Origin: Candidatus Methanoperedenaceae archaeon
GTDB lineage: Archaea; Halobacteriota; Methanosarcinia; Methanosarcinales; Methanoperedenaceae
Length of the DNA: 64,000 nucleotides
NCBI GenBank assembly: GCA_963753595.1
Contig: CAVWCX010000020.1
Coordinates: forward strand, 16,280 to 80,279
Direction of reading: 5' to 3'
The notes under the pieces were generated by a model, which searched no databases, was not told where the DNA came from, and saw only the letters and a program-made list of their open reading frames with translations. This document shows, in pieces, positions 10,034 to 19,426 of this stretch. The stretch's first letter is position 1; each line of letters begins with the position of its first letter. Made by a program: the position numbers and the translations under genes.

Positions 10034-11192
10034 TAAGAGAGATGCCGTAGCCGTTGTTCGATCCATTGTTGCTGCTCAGTATATTGTAATTGCTGGAATC
10101 GTATAATACAATGCCGTAATGGTTATTCGAATTGGCATTGTTGACGCTTAGATTGTTGTTGCTGGAAGAAGAAAGATATATGCCGTAGTTGTGGTTCGAG
10201 TTTGCATTATTGTAACTCAGAGTGTTGTTACTGGAAGACCACATAAAGATACCGCTGAAGGGATTCGAGATGGCATTGTTGCCGTTCAGAGTGTTGTTGT
10301 TGGAATAGAATAGAGAGATACCAACATTGTTGTTAGAAACATTGTTACCGTTCAGAGTGTTGTTGTTGGAATAGGACAAATCGATTCCATTGTAGTTGTT
10401 TGATGCATTATTTCCAATTAACTTATTGTTGTTTGAAATGACCTTAATCCCGGCATACGGAGAAGAGCCAGATAGTATCGCAGTAAATCCTTCAAGAGTA
10501 ATTCCATTCACAGAAAGCGTGATAGGGCTTCCAATTCCCCTGGCATCCACTACAGGCTGACTTCCATGCAAGGTCAATTTCTTATTCACGTTCACGTTTT
10601 CTATATATGTGCCGCTATTGACTTCGATAGTATCTCCAGGGTTTGCATTATCAATCGCATCTTGAATTCTCGTATAATCTGCACCGCCGCTATCATCAAC
10701 AGTCAATGTTGCTGCATTCGCACTGCTTGACAACAGTAATGCCAATATCGTTATTCCAACCACAATTCTAAGGGCTCCTCTGTAAAAGTTATTAGATACC
10801 ATTTTTATATCCCATCCATTGGTCTTAGACCATCTTTAAATAATCCAATCAGTAGATGACCCTATAAAGCTTGTTAAAATCTGCAAATTATGAATCTTTC
10901 AATTTATTAAGGAGACAGTAGATAAAATAAGGAACTATTTTATCGGGAATACTCCATATAGCAATATTATGCTTATCTGAGCCAAATGGGATTATGTAGT
11001 TACTTTAAAATTATCGAGACACAGTATACCTTAATAGCTCAAATAGGGGCATGTGGTATTTAATCATAGCATTCCCGATGATGTAGTGGTGATTTACTCT
11101 TTCAAAATCAGACATTGAAAAAACATTGGTATTAATACCTGTTGAGACAACTTCAATCTTATTATTTACACAGTTCTCATTAATAATCGAAA

Positions 11193-11277
11193 CGCCGAGG
11201 GGGAGATTTGAACTCCCGCTGTGCGGTGCACAACCGGTTTTCAAGACCGGCGCCTTAGGCCGCTGGGCTACCTCGGC
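11193..11277 (-). tRNA. tRNA-Ser(TGA)
   Basis: Reverse complement GCCGAGGTAGCCCAGCGGCCTAAGGCGCCGGTCTTGAAAACCGG...GTTCAAATCTCCCCCTCGGCG; cloverleaf with long variable arm. Confidence 0.95.
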
Positions 11278-11333
11278 ATACTTCCTGCGAAATGGTCGGC
11301 ATGGTTAATAAAATCGTAGGTTAAGGGGCAGAG

Positions 11334-11424
11334 AAAAACCTTTTGCTTTACCGAGGGATGAATCTCACACCTTGTAATTGTATTACCTATGCGGGCCTCA
11401 AAGCTTTAGCGTGAGGTAGTTCAC
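11334..11424 (+). mobile_element. Degenerate IS200/IS605-family miniature remnant (PATE-like)
   Basis: GCCTCAAAGCTTTAGCGTGAGGTAGTTCAC resembles an IS605-group right end (hairpin plus TCAC); a weaker left-end-like CCTTTTGCTTTACCGAGGGATGAA lies about 60 bp upstream. Confidence 0.55.
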
Positions 11425-11505
11425 TAATATTGCCTACATGGAAACATTTAAAACTCAATCAATGGATTATTAACCCCAATCATAGAGTTATACAGAGGAA
11501 AAAAA

Positions 11506-11829
11506 ATGACAAACCTATTACTCGTACTGTCAAAAGACCCGTATACCACGGAAACACCCGATCTTGTGCTGGATATCGGGATGAACGCAAAAGAAAAAGG
11601 AAATGATGTCTCATTATATCTCATCGAAGATGGCATAACCGCCGCAAGAAAATCAGAGTTTGGAAATAAACTCGCTGCTGCTCAAAAGAAAGGCATCAGG
11701 ATATTTGCTGATGATAAAGCGGTACTTTCAAGGTCGCTCACGAACAAATTAATTGGCGGTGTGGAAATAAAAGAAATTGGCACACTTCTTGATTATATAA
11801 TGGAATATGACCGGGTAGTCTGGTTTTAG
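11506..11829 (+). CDS. DsrH/TusB-like sulfur relay protein
   Basis: LYLIEDGITAA, DKAVLSRSL, EYDRVVWF. Confidence 0.7.
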   Translation: MTNLLLVLSKDPYTTETPDLVLDIGMNAKEKGNDVSLYLIEDGITAARKSEFGNKLAAAQKKGIRIFADDKAVLSRSLTNKLIGGVEIKEIGTLLDYIMEYDRVVWF

Positions 11830-11837
11830 GTGATAAA

Positions 11838-12206
11838 ATGACAGGAAAACAGCTTACGATCGTTTCAATAAACGGCCCATACAGGGATGAAGGAGTATTT
11901 ACGATGATAAGACTTGCACATGCGGCAAAAGAAAAAGGCATAACGGTCAACTTCTTTAATTACCTGGATGCAACAATAATCGCCCATAGGGACCAGGCGC
12001 CAAAAGAGTTCCCTCCCATAGAGACAATTTTCGGGACAATTGTAAAAAAAGGGATAAAACAGCCAAAAGCAGATGCTATCGCCTGCATAAAATGCACGGA
12101 TGCGCGAGGCGTAACAAAACAGCAGACCGAAGGCGTCATTATCGGCGGGCTTTATGACCTTGGCGAATGGACTGCGGAATCTGATAAAACAATACTTATA
12201 GGGTGA
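11838..12206 (+). CDS. DsrE/TusD-like sulfurtransferase
   Basis: NGPY, FFNYLDA, ACIKCTDARGV (active-site Cys region), GGLYDL. Confidence 0.78.
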   Translation: MTGKQLTIVSINGPYRDEGVFTMIRLAHAAKEKGITVNFFNYLDATIIAHRDQAPKEFPPIETIFGTIVKKGIKQPKADAIACIKCTDARGVTKQQTEGVIIGGLYDLGEWTAESDKTILIG

Positions 12207-12211
12207 TTAAA

Positions 12212-12586
12212 ATGAGCAAGAAAGTAAATGTAATTGTAACACAGCCCCCCTACGGAAAAGAAGATGCATTTTCAGCAGTCCCCATGGCTGCTTCACAGGT
12301 CGCGGCAGGAAATGAAGCATCTTTGATTTTCGTTAGCGGTGGCGTTCATTCAATAGTGAAAGGACAGAAAACAGGATATGGGGATCAGGCAACCTGGTTC
12401 AAGGATGTTCCGTCAGTGGAAGCTGAGATCACAAAGAACATAGAACTTGTGAGCTTCTATGCACTTGACAGGGATATTGCAAAACGCAACATATCCGATA
12501 CCGAGATCATAAACGGGATAAAAAAGATAACGCTTTCAGACCTGACTGACATGATACTTGAAGCGGATGTAAATCTGGTATTTTAA
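12212..12586 (+). CDS. DsrF/TusC-like protein
   Basis: TQPPYGKE, LIFVSGGV..KGQ, ADVNLVF. Confidence 0.72.
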   Translation: MSKKVNVIVTQPPYGKEDAFSAVPMAASQVAAGNEASLIFVSGGVHSIVKGQKTGYGDQATWFKDVPSVEAEITKNIELVSFYALDRDIAKRNISDTEIINGIKKITLSDLTDMILEADVNLVF

Positions 12587-12683
12587 CGCGATTGAATTTG
12601 GATAAACCTTAAAAATCATATCTATCCCCTGACAGAGTGTGCAGGGGAGTATTTTATGATGCATCAGCTTGATATTTATAAAC

Positions 12684-12998
12684 ATGAGAACGCTCTCAGA
12701 TTTTGACAAAAAAATCCTCAATAAACTCGCCCCCGAATTTGAAGGCGCAACCGGTCCCGCGCCCGGACATGACTACAAATTCATACTTCTTCCGGTCTCG
12801 CATAAGTTATCGGAATCACCAGTTGACTTTGCGAACAGGGCTGACAGGCTGACTGATGAAGAGCTTGTTTACCTTGTCGATCTGATTTTACGCGGCGATG
12901 AGGACGTGCGCTCGCTTGCAGAAGGGGATTATGACGCGCTTGTTGAAATGATCGAAAAAAGGGTGCCAGAAAAGGCAAAAGAATTGAAAGACCGCTGA
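12684..12998 (+). CDS. Hypothetical protein
   Basis: Plausible ORF with normal composition; no motif recognised. Confidence 0.65.
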   Translation: MRTLSDFDKKILNKLAPEFEGATGPAPGHDYKFILLPVSHKLSESPVDFANRADRLTDEELVYLVDLILRGDEDVRSLAEGDYDALVEMIEKRVPEKAKELKDR

Positions 12999-14207
12999 TC
13001 AGCACACAGGGATCTTCCCATAAGCCAGTTCCATGCAGAATTCCTGTATATTGCCAAGCTCCCTGTCAATAACCTCATTTATCTCTTTTTCCACACTTTC
13101 AAGCGTTCCCCTCTCCATGATGACCTGCGCCGCCGCTATTTTTGGCTGGTCGATCGGTTCTCCTATCTGGCTCAAAAGCCACACATAGACTTCTTTTATA
13201 TCAGGGACATTGACATATATTTCATTTGCGATCCTGTGGCTCAGGACATTGTAAATTTTTCCCACGTGGCTCACCGGGTTTTTCCCGGCTGCTGCTTCAC
13301 TGCTTACCGGCCGGTTCAAGGGAATGATGCCGTTAACGCGGTTCCCTCGCCCAACCTGGCCTGAATCCGCATCTTCAGCAGAAGTTCCGGTTACTGTGAG
13401 ATAAATCCCGCCCATGCCCCGTCCTTCCCTGTCAAGTGTGTTCAGGGAAATTGAAGGTTCAAATTCTGTCCTCTCGATAACATATGTTTTTATCTCTTCA
13501 GCCAGTTCTTCCTTTTTCCTGAAATACCCTGCTTCAGATTCAATGAACATATCAATAAGGGGATCTGCAACTGTCAAATTGAGCAAATTCTTTTCCCGCA
13601 AACCCATGATTTTAATGTCCTCACCCGATTCAGGGAATCTTTTCTTAAAATCCGGGGAGTTCAAATACCGCTCGGTTTCAAGCACTATGCTCTCTGTGGG
13701 CGTCATGGGGGCGTATCCAACAGCTGCCGAGGTATCATTTGCGCCAAGCAAAGCATTTTTTCTCTTGAATATATCTGTAAGTTCTGCCGAACCCCTGGCG
13801 ATCTCAACCTGGTAATGAATAGAATCACCATTTACAAAGCGCAGGTTCTCCTTTATCCATTCTTTTGCCGCGCCGATCGCAATTGTATTGACATCTATGA
13901 ACTCATTTTCAACTTCAAAAGTAGCCCTGTCCCCGAAAATGATGCGCATCGGCTTAAGTATCACACCGCCACCGAATTTTGTTTTCACCTCGCCTGCAAC
14001 AAGCATTCCCTTATCGATATTATGGTGCATGATAGCCCCAAACCTCTCCAAATATTCCCTGCACAGGCGAACAGAAACCTGGTTCATTATGGAATCACAG
14101 ATATTATCAGGATGTCCGAGTCCTTTTCGTTCAACGACTTCCACTTTTCGCTCAGTTACCGGAGTTGCCCCGAATTCTTCTATCTTGATGTTTCGCAAGG
14201 CTATCAC
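12999..14207 (-). CDS. mat: Archaeal S-adenosylmethionine synthetase, paralog 2
   Basis: ERKGLGHPDN, ANDTSAAVG, GRGNRVNG, GKNPVSHVGK. Confidence 0.93.
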   Translation of the reverse strand: MIALRNIKIEEFGATPVTERKVEVVERKGLGHPDNICDSIMNQVSVRLCREYLERFGAIMHHNIDKGMLVAGEVKTKFGGGVILKPMRIIFGDRATFEVENEFIDVNTIAIGAAKEWIKENLRFVNGDSIHYQVEIARGSAELTDIFKRKNALLGANDTSAAVGYAPMTPTESIVLETERYLNSPDFKKRFPESGEDIKIMGLREKNLLNLTVADPLIDMFIESEAGYFRKKEELAEEIKTYVIERTEFEPSISLNTLDREGRGMGGIYLTVTGTSAEDADSGQVGRGNRVNGIIPLNRPVSSEAAAGKNPVSHVGKIYNVLSHRIANEIYVNVPDIKEVYVWLLSQIGEPIDQPKIAAAQVIMERGTLESVEKEINEVIDRELGNIQEFCMELAYGKIPVC

Positions 14208-14713
14208 CTCGTTTTTTTCAAATATGTCAGCGTCAATTTCTCATAATTTTTCTGAGTATTTCTTATTATCGCAAGGTCTTCTTCTGTTGCCATCCTGACT
14301 TGTTTACATGGCACACCCAGCACCACACTGCGGGCTGGTATTTTATGACCTGGGGGCACTAACGCACCAGCTCCGATTATTGCTGATTCTCCAATTTCTA
14401 CCCCATGAAGTATTGTGGCATTCATTCCAATAAGGGCATTATTTTCAATGAGTCGCCCGTGCATAACGCAAGCATGACCTATGATAACCCCGTCGCCGAT
14501 ATGCATATCGTCTTGGTCTGAATGAACTACGGAATTGTCCTGGATACTGCAATTTTTCCCTATATTTATTTTTGCCCTGTCAGCGCGAATGACTGTATTG
14601 AACCACACGCTTGTTCCTTCACCTATTGATACGTCCCCGATAAGACATGCAGTATCCGCGATAAAAACATTTTTTGCAATGATGGGTTCTTTGTCTTCAA
14701 ACGTGTACAACAT
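14204..14713 (-). CDS. Gamma-carbonic anhydrase family (hexapeptide repeat) protein
   Basis: IGDVSIG, VIRAD, SIQDNSVVH, IGHACVMHG; likely start ATG 14713. Confidence 0.88.
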   Translation of the reverse strand: MLYTFEDKEPIIAKNVFIADTACLIGDVSIGEGTSVWFNTVIRADRAKINIGKNCSIQDNSVVHSDQDDMHIGDGVIIGHACVMHGRLIENNALIGMNATILHGVEIGESAIIGAGALVPPGHKIPARSVVLGVPCKQVRMATEEDLAIIRNTQKNYEKLTLTYLKKTR

Positions 14714-14821
14714 TCTCCAGTTACAACCCTCCCGCATATAACAAGAACCTGTTCGCATAAATAGATTATCAGCCAACAAGACACACAATTAAATAGTTTA
14801 ATCACAATAAAATAGAATGCA

Positions 14822-15421
14822 ATGGACACCATAATAAAGTTCGTTTTATATTTCCTATTTTTTGCGGTCATTCACAGCTTTCTTGCTACGGATCCTACAA
14901 AGAAGAAAGCAGAGAAGCTGCTTGGAAAAGCCTTCCGGTATTACAGGCTGCTATATTCTTTGATCACCATTCCCTTAATTGCTCCTGCTTTCATGATCTG
15001 GATGATCTATTCAAATTCCACCCCTGTTATTTATGAGATCCCGCATAATTTTTATCCAGTCGTTCTCCTTGTGCGCCTGGGTGCGATCGGTATATTCGGG
15101 TACGCCATGCTGCAGATAGATGTCCTTGAATTTAGCGGGATAAAACGGCGGAAGAAAAACTTCCTTATTACGAGTGGAGCCTATAGAATAGTCCGGCATC
15201 CGCTCTATACAGCGGGAATTCTTGTTCTCGTCACAAATATGAAAATGACTCTCCTTGATTTAATAGCAGTGCTGCTGATAACAGGTTATTTGCTTGCAGG
15301 CGCATTAATCGAAGAGAGACGGCTGCTTTCGGTGTTCGGGGATGAATACAGGAAATACCAGGAGCAAGTGCCTATGTTCATCCCAACGAAATGGTTTAAA
15401 AGAAAGTTATCAAGGGCCTAA
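14822..15421 (+). CDS. Isoprenylcysteine carboxyl methyltransferase (ICMT/MddA-like) membrane protein
   Basis: HSFLA, YRLLY, GAYRIVRHPLY, EERRL..FGDEYRKYQEQVP. Confidence 0.8.
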   Translation: MDTIIKFVLYFLFFAVIHSFLATDPTKKKAEKLLGKAFRYYRLLYSLITIPLIAPAFMIWMIYSNSTPVIYEIPHNFYPVVLLVRLGAIGIFGYAMLQIDVLEFSGIKRRKKNFLITSGAYRIVRHPLYTAGILVLVTNMKMTLLDLIAVLLITGYLLAGALIEERRLLSVFGDEYRKYQEQVPMFIPTKWFKRKLSRA

Positions 15422-17682
15422 CCTTTATACTCCCCGCTCACAACTTCCCTTATCCTGTCTGCTGTCTTTGGTCCCACAAGTTCCACAGCCATCAATTCCT
15501 CGCGTGATGCTGTCATGATCCGTTCAACTGTGCCAAAGTGCCGAAGCAGGTTCTTTGCCACGACTGGCCCGATTTCGGATATAGCTGAAACCACATATTC
15601 CTGCTGTTGGGGAAGCCTGGGGGCGGATTTTGTCCCGTGTAGGTTTATATCTTTTTTCGGATCGACTGCCTGTTCCCTTTTAGCAATTACGCTGATCAAT
15701 GCCGCAGTGTCTTCTTCATCCTTGCTGAATAACACCGGGACGCCAAAATCAATTGCCACACTTGAAAGCGCGCCGCGAATTGCATTTGGATTGATCTGGC
15801 GCTTTGAATAAAGTCCCTCACCCTCAATGATCAGGAGGGGACGGCTGTAAGCACGTGCAAGGTCTGATATCTGGCCAAACAGGTCCCTGCCATCAAGGAA
15901 AGTGCTAAGGAAATCTTCTGTGGTTTTTCTCTCTATGCCAACTCGGTCACTCACTACGTAATCTCCCACTTTTAGTGTTCTTAAGATCACTTCTACACCC
16001 AGCTTTTCAAGAGAATGTGCAACATGGGAACGGATTTCCCTTTTATCGACATAGATTTTCACTTTATGGGCTTCGGATACATGCACATCAGGATAATCCA
16101 TTAATTTTGTTTGCCCGTCTGACTCGTCCGTTTTTTCTTTTTCCGGGGCATCCAGGTCAATATCGAGATTTTTCATGGTCTTGACCATCTGTCTCTCCTT
16201 GTAGTTGCTGCTCCAGTGGTATGCCTCATCTTTTGATCCTTTTGCCATAAGGACAACAACTCTTCCGGCATGCTTTCGTCCTGTTCTTCCTTTTCGCTGT
16301 ATGCTCCTTATTTCAGATGGCACGGGTTCAAAAAATACCACAAGGTCGGTAGCGGGTATATCCAGTCCTTCTTCAGCAACTGAAGTTGCTACAAGTGTAT
16401 TATACTCCCCATCCTTGAATTTCTGGATGATCTCTACCTGCTGTTTTTGCGTAAGACCCGTGTCCTTGTATTTACTGGCCTGGCCTACGAACCTGATAGG
16501 TTTTATGCCGGGAACTTCTTTGAGCGAATTTGCGACAAGTTCCGCTGTATCCCTGTAATTTGTAAATACAATAACACGCGATTGGGGCGCGTCGGATATT
16601 TGCTTTTCAACAAGCTCTTTTATTGCATTCAATTTCGGGTTATTCCCGTCACAGCCGCCAAGATGATGCACTGCCTGGCGCATGCTCAGGTCTTCCATCA
16701 GGCGTTTTGCAGCTTTGCTCCCGCCTTTTGACAGTGCCTCATTCTCAAGCCGTTCAAAATATTTTGATAAGGCGGATGAACCCTGGGTTTCTGAAATCTC
16801 GATAGCATGGCTCACTTTGAATATCTCAGCAAGCAGGGATATCCCCTGGTATATTTTCTGGTCAGGAAAAGAACGAAGCTGCACCTGCAAACGCCCCTGG
16901 AGGTCAAGCATTTCCCGTTTTGAGAGCCGTTTCTGGAAATTAGATATAAACCCGAGTTCCTGTAATTTCGCCAGCCTGTCATTCAGGACTTTATCCATTA
17001 GTCCCTTCAGGCTTTTCATCTCGACAGGTACGGAAACATACATCCTTTCGATGTCCTTATCAAAAATATATGGTTTGACATCGGGGTCTGAATCAGTCCT
17101 TATTTCGACTGACTTTAAATGGAGATTTGCACAAACCTCCTGTATCTTTTCAGTATTACTTCCAGGGCTTGCAGTAATTCCAAGGACGAGAGGGTCGGGG
17201 TTTTGCTCTATATACTTTTTCGCTATATAAACATAGGAATAATTTCCGGTTGCCCTGTGTGCTTCATCAAAAATGATGCATGAAACTTTTTCAAGGTTTA
17301 TTTTTTTCCCGAGCAGGTCATTCTCTATGACCTGTGGTGTGGAGATGACAAGCTGTGCTTTCTCATACATGCTTTCCCGTTTGCCAGGATTTGTATTTCC
17401 TGTAAACAATACAACGTTTTCAGTAGGGATATTAAGGATATCCTTAAAAAAAGCGGCATGCTGTTCCACAAGCGGTTTTGTCGGGGAAAGAAGCAATACT
17501 TTCCCTTTCGGGAGGCGTGACACCATCACGAGTAATGCTACTACGGTTTTTCCAAGACCTGTTGGAAGAACTATAAGACTTGATTTCTTAATAGCTTCCC
17601 CGGCAAGGGCAAGCTGGTATAATCTCTGCTCGACAGTGCCGGGTTTTATGAGGGGATGTTTAATGAATTCAACATCATTCAT
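15418..17682 (-). CDS. hef: Hef helicase-ERCC4 nuclease
   Basis: PTGLGKT, DEAH, TASPG, QRKGRTGR, GDY..ERKT nuclease motif, HhH tail. Confidence 0.93.
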   Translation of the reverse strand: MNDVEFIKHPLIKPGTVEQRLYQLALAGEAIKKSSLIVLPTGLGKTVVALLVMVSRLPKGKVLLLSPTKPLVEQHAAFFKDILNIPTENVVLFTGNTNPGKRESMYEKAQLVISTPQVIENDLLGKKINLEKVSCIIFDEAHRATGNYSYVYIAKKYIEQNPDPLVLGITASPGSNTEKIQEVCANLHLKSVEIRTDSDPDVKPYIFDKDIERMYVSVPVEMKSLKGLMDKVLNDRLAKLQELGFISNFQKRLSKREMLDLQGRLQVQLRSFPDQKIYQGISLLAEIFKVSHAIEISETQGSSALSKYFERLENEALSKGGSKAAKRLMEDLSMRQAVHHLGGCDGNNPKLNAIKELVEKQISDAPQSRVIVFTNYRDTAELVANSLKEVPGIKPIRFVGQASKYKDTGLTQKQQVEIIQKFKDGEYNTLVATSVAEEGLDIPATDLVVFFEPVPSEIRSIQRKGRTGRKHAGRVVVLMAKGSKDEAYHWSSNYKERQMVKTMKNLDIDLDAPEKEKTDESDGQTKLMDYPDVHVSEAHKVKIYVDKREIRSHVAHSLEKLGVEVILRTLKVGDYVVSDRVGIERKTTEDFLSTFLDGRDLFGQISDLARAYSRPLLIIEGEGLYSKRQINPNAIRGALSSVAIDFGVPVLFSKDEEDTAALISVIAKREQAVDPKKDINLHGTKSAPRLPQQQEYVVSAISEIGPVVAKNLLRHFGTVERIMTASREELMAVELVGPKTADRIREVVSGEYKG

Positions 17683-17697
17683 TCTTAAAAAATGATA

Positions 17698-17925
17698 TTA
17701 ATCCATCGTTTCGCCTGTATCTTTCGAGCGAAGCTCAGATAAGGAAAAAGCCACCTGTTTTAATTTGTATTGTTCTATTTCCGTGGGTTCATCACCCTTC
17801 TTTATAGCTTTTACCCTTTCAACTGGCAGTTCGGCGTATTTAGCTACTTGTTCGTAAGTAAGTTTATGCATGTGCAATAATTCGATCAGATAACGTTTTG
17901 TTGGTGGAAGTCCCATAAGTATCAC
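17698..17925 (-). CDS. Small XRE-like helix-turn-helix protein
   Basis: LTYEQVAKYAELPVERVKAIKKG pattern. Confidence 0.65.
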   Translation of the reverse strand: MILMGLPPTKRYLIELLHMHKLTYEQVAKYAELPVERVKAIKKGDEPTEIEQYKLKQVAFSLSELRSKDTGETMD

Positions 17926-17979
17926 CTTTAATATAGTATGTTTTAATACATAAGCTGGTATATCAAGGTTCTTATTGGT

Positions 17980-18309
17980 GTGATAAAAATGACAGAAAAT
18001 GATAATGATGTGATCCAGACAACCGAAACCGAGATCGGTGGAGTTAAAAAAACCTTAAAGAAATTCAAAAGGAAATGTACTGTTGTTCGAATAGCACAGG
18101 CAAAAGGCTGGAGAAACGTAGTCGTGCTGGATGGAAAGGCAGACAAAAAATACTTTTTCGGCAAAACACCCAATGCACCCCCTGAAATAAATCCGGGTGA
18201 TGAATTATTCGTAGGATTTGAAGAGTTACCTTATGATCTGCCCGGTTTAAAGCAGAAGATAACCCTCATGACCCTGGATGGATTCCAGCTTGACTGGACT
18301 ATGGTTTAA
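17980..18309 (+). CDS. Hypothetical protein, possibly a small beta-barrel
   Basis: Plausible ORF divergent from the HTH gene, GGTG RBS-like site. Confidence 0.65.
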   Translation: MIKMTENDNDVIQTTETEIGGVKKTLKKFKRKCTVVRIAQAKGWRNVVVLDGKADKKYFFGKTPNAPPEINPGDELFVGFEELPYDLPGLKQKITLMTLDGFQLDWTMV

Positions 18310-19022
18310 CGTTCAACGATTATAGTTCCAGTCTTGTTTGTATCTTCTTTAAGATAGAAACTGAATGTTCCCGGTGTCCTGAATGTATAATTTGTACGTT
18401 TGGCATTATTCAGGAATTTTTCTTCGAAAAGACCATCGGAACTTACCAGAGTAACTGCGTATGTTCCATCATTTGTCCATACAACTTCATCGCCGGCTTT
18501 TATTGGGACTGATTTTGGATTAATACCTCTATTTGTTTCCAGTTTCACTGATATTTGCTTTCCTGATGCCGTAACTTCCGGACCTGCGGTAGGTGCTGGA
18601 GTCGGAACCAGGGTATTTGTAATTATTGGCGTCGGAGTCGCAACTGGAGGGGAAGCGACATGTTTATCGTCAGCCGGATTGAAAAATACCCATGCAATAG
18701 CACCAACTACGAGGATCGCCAGAACGATCATGACCAGTGAATTGATACTGGATGGGGAAGCTGTTGATTTTAAAGAGGGGGCACTTGAAGCCGATGATTT
18801 GATCGGGGGTATTATCTGCGCTTTTTTCTCTTCTTTTTTGGCTTCACCTGCGTCTTGCATTACAGGTTCTGCAACTACATCTCCTGCACCGGTCAGGTCT
18901 TTGTTCCAATTGCATTTCGGGCATGTCTGGGCAATCGGATAATCAATACTGCCAAGGCCAATTTTTTTCGTAATGGTCCTGGTTAAAAGTGTTTCACCGC
19001 ATTTCGGGCATTTTTCTTCCAT
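18306..19022 (-). CDS. Membrane protein: N-terminal Zn ribbon, one TM helix, P/T linker, ligand-less cupredoxin-like domain
   Basis: CPKC twice; hydrophobic LVMIVLAILVVGAIAWVFF; IKAGDEVVWTN...YTFRTPGTFSFY. Confidence 0.72.
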   Translation of the reverse strand: MEEKCPKCGETLLTRTITKKIGLGSIDYPIAQTCPKCNWNKDLTGAGDVVAEPVMQDAGEAKKEEKKAQIIPPIKSSASSAPSLKSTASPSSINSLVMIVLAILVVGAIAWVFFNPADDKHVASPPVATPTPIITNTLVPTPAPTAGPEVTASGKQISVKLETNRGINPKSVPIKAGDEVVWTNDGTYAVTLVSSDGLFEEKFLNNAKRTNYTFRTPGTFSFYLKEDTNKTGTIIVER

Positions 19023-19193
19023 TTCGACACCGTACTAAAAACCCTTCTTTGCACTATATAAATATATCGACTGAAATTTGAAAATTACTTGCAGTTCAGG
19101 CTTATAATCTTTCTTATAATTTTTTCGGGACTGCACAATATTTTTTTTGCTACCAAACCGTTAAATAGACTTGTGTATTATTAGGCCTACTAT

Positions 19194-19301
19194 GCTCCGA
19201 TAGTGTAGCAGGCCAATCATTCTGGCCTTTCAAGTTTTATGCGCCAACCGGTGCTGAAATAAAGACAGCCAGTGACTCGGGTTCAAATCCCGATCGGAGC
19301 A
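19194..19301 (+). tRNA. tRNA-Glu(TTC) with a 34-nt intron (19233-19266)
   Basis: GCTCCGA/TCGGAGC acceptor stem, GTTCAAATC T-loop, CTGGC-CTTTCA|intron|A-GCCAG; BHB motif with CTTT/AAAG helix and CAA and ACA bulges. Confidence 0.92.
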
Positions 19302-19426
19302 CTCAATTTAAAAAATAATTCCAATACCCTGATACCGCATTGAGGGTTTTATCAAATCACCTCAATTTAAAATAGAAGTATCTACTAATAAAAAAATTAA
19401 AAAAAAGGAAAAAGTAAAATTATTAA

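Larger units (their letters stand above)
7723..10802 (-). pseudogene. Cell-surface NosD/CASH beta-helix protein with FN3-like and C-terminal dockerin/EF-hand-like modules, split by an IS
   Basis: Signal peptide, IQDAIDNAxPGDTI, repeated GIxLxxSxNNxL units, GGNFW, YDTNGNGKIDKNE; removing the IS plus one TAA gives GISLSYSTNNMIYNN in frame, 592 aa. Confidence 0.88.

Noticed and set aside
10050-10440. GTTGTTG-rich DNA repeats
   Set aside because: Explained by Asn-rich beta-helix repeats in the NosD/CASH protein.
4700-11193. Integrative element with an att duplication of the tRNA-Ser 3' end
   Set aside because: No second copy of the tRNA 3' sequence and no integrase were found by eye.
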